Source of the DNA: an uncultured delta proteobacterium
Lineage (GTDB): Bacteria > Myxococcota > UBA727 > VGSZ01
Length of the DNA: 64,000 nucleotides
Direction of reading: 5' to 3'
NCBI GenBank assembly: GCA_963775425.1
Contig: CAVZJB010000016.1
Location: 1,269,682-1,333,681 of the forward strand
The stretch's first letter is position 1, and each line of letters begins with the position of its first letter. Below, in pieces: positions 42,388 through 51,669 of this stretch. The translations under genes were made by a program, and so were the position numbers. Below the pieces are notes generated by a model. It was given only the letters and a program-made list of their open reading frames with translations. It was not told the origin of the DNA and did not search any database.

Positions 42388-43193
42388 CGGAGGCCGCCGG
42401 GGCCGGCGACGCGCCCGCACCGGCGGCCATCCGCCTCGAGGGCGTATCGCGCACGTTCCACAGCGGGGACCGTGAGGTCGCCGCCGTGGACAACCTGGAC
42501 CTCGAGATCCGGAAGGGCGAGACGCTCGCCCTCCTCGGGCCCTCGGGCTGCGGCAAGACCACCACGCTCCGGCTCATCAACCGGCTCATCGAGCCCACCT
42601 CCGGCCGCATCGTCGTCAACGGCGAGCCCACCGCGGGGCTCAACCCCGTGAAGCTCCGCCGCCGCATGGGCTACGTCGTGCAGCGTGGCGGGCTGTTCCC
42701 GCACCTCACGGTGCGCAAGAACGTCGCGCTCTTGTGTGAGCTCGAGGGGTGGCCGAAGGACAAGACCGAGGCGCGCGTGAAGGAGCTGCTCGCGCTCGTG
42801 AACCTGCCCGCCGCGGAGTTCGGCCAACGCTTTCCGCGCGAGCTCTCGGGCGGGCAGCGGCAGCGCATCGGCGTGGCCCGCGCGCTCGCGCTCGACCCCG
42901 AGATCCTCCTGATGGACGAACCGTTCGGCGCGCTCGATCCCATCACCCGCGGCAAGCTGCAGCAGGAGTTCATGGACCTCGAGCGCCTCGTCGCAAAGAC
43001 CATCGTGCTCGTCAGCCACGACCTCGACGAGGCCTTCCTCCTGGGCGACCGCGTCGCGCTCCTGCAGAAGGGGCGCCTCGTCCAGCTCGACGCCCCCGAC
43101 GCCATCCGCGCGCGGCCCGCCACGCCGTGGGTCGAGGAGTTCATCTCGGGCGCGCACGCGGCGCAGGCGCATGCGCCGGCGGGAGCGGCCTGA
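42384..43193 (+). CDS. Osmoprotectant/betaine-type ABC transporter ATP-binding protein (OpuCA/ProV-like)
   Basis: GPSGCGKTT, LINRLIEPTSG, LRRRMGYV, LSGGQRQR, LLMDEPFGALDPITR; ATGA overlap. Confidence 0.93.
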   Translation: MTEAAGAGDAPAPAAIRLEGVSRTFHSGDREVAAVDNLDLEIRKGETLALLGPSGCGKTTTLRLINRLIEPTSGRIVVNGEPTAGLNPVKLRRRMGYVVQRGGLFPHLTVRKNVALLCELEGWPKDKTEARVKELLALVNLPAAEFGQRFPRELSGGQRQRIGVARALALDPEILLMDEPFGALDPITRGKLQQEFMDLERLVAKTIVLVSHDLDEAFLLGDRVALLQKGRLVQLDAPDAIRARPATPWVEEFISGAHAAQAHAPAGAA

Positions 43194-43194
43194 G

Positions 43195-44823
43195 ATGCGC
43201 GGGCGCCTCGCCTCCCCCGTCGTCGTCGCCGCCGCGGTGGTCGCGGCCGCGCTCGCCGTGCGCGCCGACCAGGGCGCGCAAGCGCTCCCCGCCACCACCA
43301 CGGCGACGACCGGCGCCACGTCGGGGAGCAGCGGTCACATCGTCATCGGCTCCAAGAACTTCACGGAGTCGCGCATCCTCGGCGAGATGCTGACGCAGCT
43401 CGTCCAGAGCCGCACGCACCTCACCGTCGAGCACAGGAGCGGCCTGGGCGGCACCCTGGTGTGCTTCTCCGCGCTTCAGAGCGGCCAGATCGACGCGTAC
43501 CCCGACTACACCGGCACCGGCTGGTCCATCGTCCTCAAGAAGAAGGAGAAGATCAGCGACCGCCTGCGCGCGTTTCTCGAGGTGCAGAAGGAGTACCGCA
43601 AGCGCTTCGACATCGAGTGGCTCGAGCCGTTCGGCCTCAACAACACGTACGCGCTGGCGATGCGCGAGGACAAGGCCAAGGCGCTCGGCGTCGAGACCAT
43701 CTCCGATCTCGTCGCGCATGAAAAAGACCTCAAGGCCGGCTTCAGCGTCGAGTTCATGAACCGCGAGGACGGCTGGCCCGGCCTCGGGCCGTTTTACGGC
43801 TTGAAGCTCGGCGACGTGCGTACGCTCGAGCACGGCCTCGCCTACGCCGCCATCAACGACGGCTCCATCGACCTCGTCGACGCCTACTCCACCGACGGCA
43901 AGCTCCTGCGCTTCCCGCTGCGCGTCCTCAAGGACGACAAGGGCTTCTTCCCGCCCTACAACGCCGCCCCCATCGTGCGCGGCGCCACGCTGCGCGCGCA
44001 CCCGGAGCTGAAGGAGGTCATGGACGCGCTCGCCTTCAAGATCTCCGACAAGACGATGATCCAGCTCAACTACGAGGTGGAGGAGAACGGCAAGGGCTTC
44101 CGCGAGGTCGCCCACGACTTCCTCGTGAAGCAACACCTCCTCGACGCGAGCGTGTCGGTGGGCAAGGACGTCACCGGCGGGCGCGGCTCCTTCCCGACGT
44201 TCCTCGCGTCGCGGTGGAAAGAGACACTGCGCCTCGTGTGGCAGCACCTGCAGCTCACGCTGGCGGCGGTGCTCCTCGCGGTGTTCCTCGCGGTCCCGCT
44301 CGGCATCGTCATCACGCGCTCCAAGCTCGGCGAGCGCGTGGCGCTCGGCACCGCGGGCGTGGTGCAGACCATCCCGAGCCTCGCGCTCCTCGCCTTCATG
44401 ATCGCCATCCCGGGGCTCGGCCTCTCGGTGCGCTCCGCCATCGTCGCGCTCTTCCTGTACGCGGTGCTGCCCATCCTGCGCAACACGCACACCGGCCTCA
44501 ACGACGTCGACCCGGAGCTGCTCGACGCGGCCACCGGGATCGGCCTCACGCCGCGGCAGATCCTGTTCCGCGTGCAGCTCCCGCTCGCCACGCGGACCAT
44601 CATGGCCGGCGTTCGCACCGCCACCGTCATCAGCATCGGCGTCGCCACGCTCGCGGCGTTCATCGGCGCCGGCGGCCTCGGCGAGCCCATCGTCACCGGC
44701 CTCTACCTGAACGACACGTGGCTCATCCTCTCGGGCGCCATCCCCGCCGCGCTGCTGGCGGTGCTCGCCGACGCGCTGCTCGGCCGGCTCGAGCACTGGC
44801 TGACCCCGCGCGGCATCCGCTGA
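43195..44823 (+). CDS. Fused betaine-type ABC substrate-binding domain + permease
   Basis: IGSKNFTE, IDAYPDYTGT, FGLNNTYAL, REDGWPGL, AYSTDG, FFPPY; permease QTIPSLALL, LPILRNT, AFIGAGGLG. Confidence 0.92.
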   Translation: MRGRLASPVVVAAAVVAAALAVRADQGAQALPATTTATTGATSGSSGHIVIGSKNFTESRILGEMLTQLVQSRTHLTVEHRSGLGGTLVCFSALQSGQIDAYPDYTGTGWSIVLKKKEKISDRLRAFLEVQKEYRKRFDIEWLEPFGLNNTYALAMREDKAKALGVETISDLVAHEKDLKAGFSVEFMNREDGWPGLGPFYGLKLGDVRTLEHGLAYAAINDGSIDLVDAYSTDGKLLRFPLRVLKDDKGFFPPYNAAPIVRGATLRAHPELKEVMDALAFKISDKTMIQLNYEVEENGKGFREVAHDFLVKQHLLDASVSVGKDVTGGRGSFPTFLASRWKETLRLVWQHLQLTLAAVLLAVFLAVPLGIVITRSKLGERVALGTAGVVQTIPSLALLAFMIAIPGLGLSVRSAIVALFLYAVLPILRNTHTGLNDVDPELLDAATGIGLTPRQILFRVQLPLATRTIMAGVRTATVISIGVATLAAFIGAGGLGEPIVTGLYLNDTWLILSGAIPAALLAVLADALLGRLEHWLTPRGIR

Positions 44824-44845
44824 CCTCGCGCTCGCTGACGGATGC

Positions 44846-46324
44846 TCAGGCGGCGCGCGCCGAGGAGGAGGCGCGCGCGAGGAAGGGCGCGCTCTCGGCG
44901 ATGCGCGGGTCGTCGGCGTCGAGCACCTCGGCGACGACGTCGTAGTCCTTCACGTCGGTGACGACGACGTGCACGATCTCGCCGACCGAGAGCGGCCGCG
45001 CGGACGACAGATAGGTCATGCCGTCGATCTCGGGCGCCTGCGACCACAGCCGGCCCTTGACGAGCAGCTCGTGCTCCTCGCTCTGCCCCTCGACCACGGC
45101 CTCGTGCACCGTGCCCACGAGCGCCTTGGCGGCCTTCTCGTGGATGCGGCGCTGGCGACGCATGAGCTTGTCGTAGCGCGCCCGCTTGGTCTTGTAGGGG
45201 AGCTTGCCGTCGAGGTCGTACGCGGTGGTGCCCTCTTCGTCGGAGTACTTGAAGACCCCGAGGCGCTCGAAGCGAACGGCCTCGGCGAAGTCGAGGAGCT
45301 TGTCGAAGTCGTCGTCGTCCTCGCCGGGAAAGCCGACGATGACGGTGGAGCGCAAGACCGCGTTCCTGACCCTCGCGCGCACGCCCGTGAGCAGCTCGCT
45401 CAAGCGCTTCTGGTCCTTGCCGCGACGCATGCGGCGCAGCATGCGGTCGCTGCCGTGCTGCGTGGGGATGTCGAGGTACGGCAGCGTGTTTTTGCCCTCG
45501 TCGAGCATGCGCAGGAAGTCGTCCGAGAGCGTGCGCGGGTATGCGTACATGCAGCGGACCCAGCGAATGCCCTCCACGCCCTGCAGCGCCTCGAGGAGGT
45601 CGGCGAGCGCCGGACGCCTGCCGCCGTCGCCCGCGGGGAGGTCGTGGCCGTAGCCCGTGAGGTCCTGCGCGATGAGGTTCAGCTCGACCACGCCCTCGGA
45701 CGCGAGCCGCTCGGCCTCCTTGACGAGGTCGAGGACGGGGCGCGAGCGCTGCTTGCCGCGCAGCGTGGGGATGATGCAGAAGGCGCAGGCGTTGTCGCAG
45801 CCCTCGGCGATCTTGAGGTAGGCCGTGTAGCGCGGCATCGAATTGATGCGCGGCATATCGCAGCCGGCCACGAGCTGGAGGTCGGCGGTGACGAGGTTCC
45901 GCCCCTCGCCTCCGCCGTCGCGCGCGAGCACCTCGACGTCGTCGGGGAGGATGGGGAGCACGCCGCGCTTCTTCTTCGCCGGCGACGGCGCGAGGACATC
46001 GACGATCTTCGTGTAGTCGCTGGTGCCGAGGAACGCGTCGACCTCCGGCAGCTCGCGCTCGAGCTCTCCCACGTAGCGCTGGGCCATGCAGCCGCTCATC
46101 ACGAGCTTGGCGCCGGTCCTGTCCTTCACAGCGCCCATCTCGAGGACGGCCTCGATGGACTCCTTCTTGGCCTCCCCGATGAAGCTGCACGTGTTGACGA
46201 CGATGGCTTCCGCCTCGTCCGGCGTGCCGACGACCGTGTGGCCGCCGGCGACGGTGAGCCCGAGCATGTGCTCCGCGTCCACGCGGTTCTTCGGGCAGCC
46301 GAGGGAAACGAAGTGGACCTTCAC
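44846..46324 (-). CDS. rimO: Ribosomal protein S12 methylthiotransferase
   Basis: SLGCPKNRVDAE, VNTCSFI, AYLKIAEGCDNACAFC, APEIDG. Confidence 0.95.
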   Translation of the reverse strand: MKVHFVSLGCPKNRVDAEHMLGLTVAGGHTVVGTPDEAEAIVVNTCSFIGEAKKESIEAVLEMGAVKDRTGAKLVMSGCMAQRYVGELERELPEVDAFLGTSDYTKIVDVLAPSPAKKKRGVLPILPDDVEVLARDGGGEGRNLVTADLQLVAGCDMPRINSMPRYTAYLKIAEGCDNACAFCIIPTLRGKQRSRPVLDLVKEAERLASEGVVELNLIAQDLTGYGHDLPAGDGGRRPALADLLEALQGVEGIRWVRCMYAYPRTLSDDFLRMLDEGKNTLPYLDIPTQHGSDRMLRRMRRGKDQKRLSELLTGVRARVRNAVLRSTVIVGFPGEDDDDFDKLLDFAEAVRFERLGVFKYSDEEGTTAYDLDGKLPYKTKRARYDKLMRRQRRIHEKAAKALVGTVHEAVVEGQSEEHELLVKGRLWSQAPEIDGMTYLSSARPLSVGEIVHVVVTDVKDYDVVAEVLDADDPRIAESAPFLARASSSARAA

Positions 46325-46325
46325 G

Positions 46326-48344
46326 TCAGTCGCCGAGCTTGAGGTTCTTCAGCTTGTCCGCGAGCGGGTTGAAGCTGCCGGCGGCCTGCTTCTCCTGCTT
46401 CTTGTAGGCGTTGTAGGCCTCGCGGGTGTCGCCCTCGATGACGGCGCGCGCGGAGACCGACACCTTCTTGAACCGGCGGTCGAAGTTCTTCACCTCGACC
46501 TCGATCTCCTGGCCGACCTTCACGGCTTCGGACGCGCGCTCGACGCGGCCGTCACCGTCCTTGCCGACGAGGTCACGGACGAAGCAGAAGCAGGACAGTC
46601 CCTCTTCGACCTCGAACCACGCGCCCTTCTCATCGACGCGGACGACCTTCATCTTGAGCCGGGCGCCCTTGCGGTACTTCTTCTCCCAGCCGTCGTACGG
46701 GTTGTCCGTCACGCGCTTGATGGAGAGGCCCACGCGCTGCTTGGGCACGTCGATGTTGACGACCGCGGCTTCGACCTCCTGCCCGATGGTGAGGAGCTCG
46801 CTCGGGTGGCGCGGGTGGTCCGTCCACGAGATCTCGCCGACGTGGATGAGACCGTCGACGCCGTCGGCGAGCTCGACGAAGGCGCCGAACTCCACGAGCG
46901 ACTTGATCTTCACCTTGACGACGGTGCCGATGGGGAACTTCTCCGCGACGGCCTCGAAGGGGTTCTTCTCGAGCGCCTTCATGGACAACGAGATGCGGTG
47001 GGCGTCGGTGTCGAGGCCGAGCACCTTGACGTTCACGACGTCGCCGATCTTGAGCTTGTGGCTCGGGTGCTTCACCTTGGTCCACGACATCTCGCTCACG
47101 TGGATGAGGCCCTCGATGGGCTCCGTCGACGACGGGAGCGTCAAGCGCACGAACGCGCCGAAGTCCGCCAGCGCCACCACGGTGCCCTCGACGACGCTGC
47201 CTTCGGCGAACGCGGCGCGCACCTCGGCCCACGGGTCCGCGACGAGCTGCTTGATGCCGACCTTGACCTTGCCCGTGTCGGGGTTTTTGTGGAGCACCTT
47301 GACGTTGACGTGCTGGCCCACCTTGAGCACGTCCTGGCTGCGGGCGCGCCCGTCCCAGGTGAGGTCGCTTTGGTGCACCATGCCGTCGACGCCGCCGATG
47401 TCGAGGAACGCGCCGTACGCCACGAGGCTCTTCACGGTGGCGTTGACGACGTCGCCCTCCTGGATGGACTCGATGCGCCTGGCCGCCTCGGCCTTGCGCT
47501 CGGCCGCCAGGCGGTGCTTGCGGGTGACGACGACGTTGGCGCGCTCGGGCTCGAGCTCCACGATATCGAAGGCGCCGGCCTTGCCGACGACCTCGTCGCC
47601 GCGCGGGCCGAAGCGCGACAGGGACGCCTGGCTGGCGGGGAGGAACGCGCGCACGGTGGCGCCCAGCTCAGCGAGCTCGGTGGGCTCGTCGTCGGCGAAC
47701 AGGGCGACGGAGAAGCCGCCCTTCACCTCGCGCACGACGTAGCCGGGAACGGGCTCGCGGGCGTCGACGGCGCCGACGAGGCGATCGAGGCTGTCGAGCG
47801 AGCGGGCCTGCTCGATGGACGCGACGGGGACCGCCTCGTTGCCGCGCGGTGGGTCGAGGAGGCGCACGCGGACGGCGTCGCCGACGGCGAGGGTGCCTCC
47901 CTCCTGCGGCGGGACTGCCGCGCGCATCGGCTCGTGCCCCATGGGGCGCACCTCGACGAAGACCGCGAGCTCGGTGACGTCGGTGACCGTGGCGTCGTGC
48001 ACGGCCTGCCACAGCGGCGGACCCGCGAGCGCCGCGAGCTCGTCGACGTTGAAGCGCGGGGGCGCGTGGTCGACGCGTGGGCCGCGACGGTCGGGGCCGC
48101 GGCGGTCAGCGCCGCGATCGCGTCCGCCGCGCCGGCCGCGCCGGCCTCCCTCACGGCCGCTTCCCTTGCGGCCGGCGGGCTCGGCGCCGCCGTCGTCGGC
48201 TGCTGCCTCGGCGCTCTCGCCCTCGACGGCCGGCGCCCCGGCGGCCTCCGGCGCCGCCGCCGCGGGCGCGGGCGCGTCGGCGGGCGGGGCGCCCTCGGGG
48301 ATGGCTTCGCTGTGCGTGCCCTCGGCGGGCTCTTCCGTCGTCAT
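46326..48344 (-). CDS. rpsA: 30S ribosomal protein S1-like multi-S1-domain protein
   Basis: AFLPASQ, YGAFLDIGGVDGMVH, FGAFV...EGLIHVSEMSW, DGLIHVGEISW repeats; low-complexity N-terminal extension. Confidence 0.85.
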   Translation of the reverse strand: MTTEEPAEGTHSEAIPEGAPPADAPAPAAAAPEAAGAPAVEGESAEAAADDGGAEPAGRKGSGREGGRRGRRGGRDRGADRRGPDRRGPRVDHAPPRFNVDELAALAGPPLWQAVHDATVTDVTELAVFVEVRPMGHEPMRAAVPPQEGGTLAVGDAVRVRLLDPPRGNEAVPVASIEQARSLDSLDRLVGAVDAREPVPGYVVREVKGGFSVALFADDEPTELAELGATVRAFLPASQASLSRFGPRGDEVVGKAGAFDIVELEPERANVVVTRKHRLAAERKAEAARRIESIQEGDVVNATVKSLVAYGAFLDIGGVDGMVHQSDLTWDGRARSQDVLKVGQHVNVKVLHKNPDTGKVKVGIKQLVADPWAEVRAAFAEGSVVEGTVVALADFGAFVRLTLPSSTEPIEGLIHVSEMSWTKVKHPSHKLKIGDVVNVKVLGLDTDAHRISLSMKALEKNPFEAVAEKFPIGTVVKVKIKSLVEFGAFVELADGVDGLIHVGEISWTDHPRHPSELLTIGQEVEAAVVNIDVPKQRVGLSIKRVTDNPYDGWEKKYRKGARLKMKVVRVDEKGAWFEVEEGLSCFCFVRDLVGKDGDGRVERASEAVKVGQEIEVEVKNFDRRFKKVSVSARAVIEGDTREAYNAYKKQEKQAAGSFNPLADKLKNLKLGD

Positions 48345-48471
48345 GACCGACCTCTCGGATCTGGGGAGAACGCCGGGACGATGCCCGCCACCGTCGAAAA
48401 GAAAAGGGGGGACAGGTTGGCGGCGGCCGGCGCTGTCGTCGTAGTGTGCCCCCACACCCCGAGGATCCGGA

Positions 48472-51400
48472 ATGCGCATCGACTGCGAGCAATGCGGCGC
48501 GGCATACAGCATCGACGACGCCCTGATCACCGAGCGGGGCGTCCGCGCGCAATGCCCGAAGTGCGGCCACCAGAAGGTCGTGAAGAAGCCCGCCGGCGGC
48601 CCCCTCGCCGGAGGGCCGGCGCCGGTCACCGCCGTGATGAGCGTGCCGCAGCCCGCAGGGCAGAACCCCTTCGCGCAAGGCGGCGGCGCGCCGGCCGCGT
48701 CGAGCCCGTTCGCGGCGACGGGGGCGGCGCCCGCGCCGAACCCGTTCGCGACGCCGGGCGGGGCGGCGCAGGCGCCGGTCGCCAACCCCTTCGCCGCGCC
48801 CTCGCTCGGCGCGCCGCCGTCGCCGTTCGGTCCGCCGACGTCCGTCGCGCCGCCGCTGTCGTCGTCACCGCCCCCGCTGGCGCCGCCGCCGCCGCTGTTG
48901 TCATCGCCCCCCTCGCCACTGGGTGCTCCCGGAGGAAACCCGTTCGCGCCGCCCGCGCAGCCGTCGACCCTGCCGCCCGGCTTCGGCGCCGAGCCGACTG
49001 TGCCCGGCGGCAACCCGTTCCAGACCGCGTCGAGCCCCCCGCCGTCGATGACGCAGCCCGCGGGGAACCCGTTCGGCGCGCCGCCGTCTCAACCGCCGCA
49101 ACCGTCGTCGACGTCGTCGAACCCCTTCGGCGCCGCGGGTGATCCTTTCGCCGCCGCGCTCGGCGCGCCGGCGCAGCCGGACCCGTTTTCGGCGTTGTCG
49201 TCGGCGCCGCCCCGCCCGGCCGCGGACCCGTTCGCGCGCCTGGACCAGAACCTCGCCAACGCCGGCGCGCGGCCCGCCATGAGCTCGCCCGGCGGCGCCC
49301 CCGCCGCCGGCGTCGTCGTCGTCACGCCGCCCACGGCTTCCCGCCAGGACGCCTTCGCCAACGTCACCGGCGCGGTCGAGGACGCCTTTGGTCGCCCGCC
49401 GCCGCAGCCCGCCGACGACCCGTTCGCCAAGCTCGACCTCGATGTTGGAGGTCCCAAGGTCTCCGAGGCGCCCTCGGCCGCCCGCTGGCACGTGCGCACC
49501 AAAGCGGGCCTCGACGCCGATGTCGAGCTGCCGCAGCTCCGCGACCTGGTGAAGAACCGCACGGTGAACCTCGACGACGAGGCTGCGCCCCTCGGCGAGG
49601 AGCTCAAGCCGGTGGCCTCGTGGCCGATCCTCGTGCCGAAGGCGCCGGTGCAGCGCGCGCCGCGCGTCTCCGGCGTGGGCGCTCGCTCGATGCCGTCGTT
49701 CGGTCGCATCGCCGCCGTGCTCGCCGTGATCGCCGTCGTGGGCGTGGCCGCCGGCGTCTACCTGTTCAAGCCCGAGCTCCTCGAGCGCACCACCGACGCC
49801 GGCGTAAACCCGCTGCGGCGGGCGATCCCATCGTGGGAGCGGCAGCTCCCCGACGTCAGCGGCACCGCCAAGGAGCACCTCACGGCGGGCTTGCAGCAGA
49901 CGCGCCTCGACACCGCCGCCGGCTATCGCAAGGCGGACGAGGAGCTGCGCCAGGCGCTGCTGCTCGACATCGGCAACGTCTCCGCCATCGCCGCGTGGGT
50001 CGAGAACTTCACGCACCTGCCCGCGGTGAAGGCCGACCTCGACGGCACCAACCTCGCGCGCGAGGCCATCGCCTACGCGCAAAAGAAGGCGCCCGCCGAT
50101 CTCGACGTCATACGCGCCGCGGGCGCGCTGCACCTCGCGCTCGGCGAGGTCGACGCCGCGCAGAAGCTGCTCATCGAAGCGCACGACAAAAACCCGGCCG
50201 ACGTCGACACCACGCTCGTGCTCGCGGCGAGCCACCTCGACCGCGAGCCCGAGGAGGCGCTGTCGCTGGTGCAACAGGTGCGCACCAAGGACCCCGCGTT
50301 CAAGCGCGCCTTCGTCGTCGAGGGCGCGGCGCAGCGCCGCCTCGGCGACTTCAAGGGCGCCCGCGACGTGCTCGGCGCCCGACTCATCGACGACCCGACC
50401 AACACCGGCGCGCTGAAGGAGCGCGCCAAGCTCGAGCTCGACGTCGGAAACCCGGAGGCGGCCATCGCCGACCTCACGAGCCTCCTCGAGGCGGAGGACC
50501 GCGACGTCGAGGCCCACCTGATGCGCGCCAAGATCGCGTACCAGGCGATGAACACGCCCGACGCGCTCAAGCGCGCCGACGGCTTCCTCGACATCGTGCT
50601 CAAGAGCCACGACACCGCCGCCGGCGAGCTGCTCCTGCCGGTGCTCGCCCACGCGGCGTACGTGAAGTCGCAGCTCGGCGACCTCGACGAAGCGCTCAAG
50701 CTCGCCGCCCGCGCGAAGGCCACCAACCCCACGTACGCGCCCGCGCTGTTCGTGCTCGGCCGCATCGAGGCCATGAAGGGCAAGCTCGACGACGCCAAGA
50801 GCGACCTCCAGCAGGCCGTGCGCGCGGCGCAGGACAGCTACTACGAGCCGGTCGTGCGCGCGGAGCTCGCTCGCGTGATGGCGTCTTCCGGCGACGCACA
50901 AAACGCGGTCCGCAACTACAACCACGTCATCGAGGAAGACCCCCGCTACACGCGCGCGTACTTCGGTCTGGCGGCCACGTTCATGGCGGTCGACAAGCCC
51001 ACCGAGGCGATGACCATCATCCGCCGCGCGTTCGACAACGACCCCGACTTCGCGGCCGACCGCACCGTTCTCACGGACTACCCGACGCCCAGGAGCGATC
51101 TCGCCACGTTCGCCGACACCTTCAAGAACGCCAAGGTGCCCGCCACCGACGAGTCGCTGTCGTCGTTGAAGCTCGCCGCCGAAGGCATGATCCGCTACGC
51201 CGCCGGCGAGGTGGGCGCGGCGGAGGCGCTCGAGAACAAGACGCTCGCGGAGGACCGCTTCAGCGACGTCGCCCTGCTCTACCTCGGGGTCATCGAGATC
51301 CACGACGGGCGCGTGCAGGAGGCCAAGAAGCACCTTCGCCTCGCCACGGAGACCACGGCCAAGAACCACTCCATCACGCGGCTGTACCTCGCGCGCTCCG

Positions 51401-51609
51401 AGCTGCTCACCGGCGAGCTCGACAACGCCGCCAAGCACCTCCAGGACCTCATCGACCAGGAGCCCACGTTGGTGCAGGCGCAGTTCTCGCTCGCGATGAC
51501 CTTTCGCAAGCAGCACCACGAGACCGACGCCGAGGAAGAGCTGAAGAAGGTCGTGAAGGCCGACCCCGACTACACCCCGGCGAAGAAAGCCCTCGCCGAG
51601 TCACCGTAG
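48472..51609 (+). CDS. Zn-ribbon (MJ0042-type) / Pro-rich / TM / TPR protein
   Basis: MRIDCEQCGAAYSIDD...QCPKCGH, xPF-rich linker, TM IAAVLAVIAVVGVAAGVYLF, many TPR-like helices. Confidence 0.85.
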   Translation: MRIDCEQCGAAYSIDDALITERGVRAQCPKCGHQKVVKKPAGGPLAGGPAPVTAVMSVPQPAGQNPFAQGGGAPAASSPFAATGAAPAPNPFATPGGAAQAPVANPFAAPSLGAPPSPFGPPTSVAPPLSSSPPPLAPPPPLLSSPPSPLGAPGGNPFAPPAQPSTLPPGFGAEPTVPGGNPFQTASSPPPSMTQPAGNPFGAPPSQPPQPSSTSSNPFGAAGDPFAAALGAPAQPDPFSALSSAPPRPAADPFARLDQNLANAGARPAMSSPGGAPAAGVVVVTPPTASRQDAFANVTGAVEDAFGRPPPQPADDPFAKLDLDVGGPKVSEAPSAARWHVRTKAGLDADVELPQLRDLVKNRTVNLDDEAAPLGEELKPVASWPILVPKAPVQRAPRVSGVGARSMPSFGRIAAVLAVIAVVGVAAGVYLFKPELLERTTDAGVNPLRRAIPSWERQLPDVSGTAKEHLTAGLQQTRLDTAAGYRKADEELRQALLLDIGNVSAIAAWVENFTHLPAVKADLDGTNLAREAIAYAQKKAPADLDVIRAAGALHLALGEVDAAQKLLIEAHDKNPADVDTTLVLAASHLDREPEEALSLVQQVRTKDPAFKRAFVVEGAAQRRLGDFKGARDVLGARLIDDPTNTGALKERAKLELDVGNPEAAIADLTSLLEAEDRDVEAHLMRAKIAYQAMNTPDALKRADGFLDIVLKSHDTAAGELLLPVLAHAAYVKSQLGDLDEALKLAARAKATNPTYAPALFVLGRIEAMKGKLDDAKSDLQQAVRAAQDSYYEPVVRAELARVMASSGDAQNAVRNYNHVIEEDPRYTRAYFGLAATFMAVDKPTEAMTIIRRAFDNDPDFAADRTVLTDYPTPRSDLATFADTFKNAKVPATDESLSSLKLAAEGMIRYAAGEVGAAEALENKTLAEDRFSDVALLYLGVIEIHDGRVQEAKKHLRLATETTAKNHSITRLYLARSELLTGELDNAAKHLQDLIDQEPTLVQAQFSLAMTFRKQHHETDAEEELKKVVKADPDYTPAKKALAESP

Positions 51610-51669
51610 CTCCCCCGATCCCCGACCCCCGATGCAGGGGTGGTCGCGCGTCCACCGGCGCGGCTGGCG

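Noticed and set aside
40714-44823. Calling the operon canonical ergothioneine synthesis/uptake (egtD + egtUV)
   Set aside because: No egtB nearby, pocket motifs diverge from histidine-specific EgtD, and ligand specificity cannot be read from sequence alone
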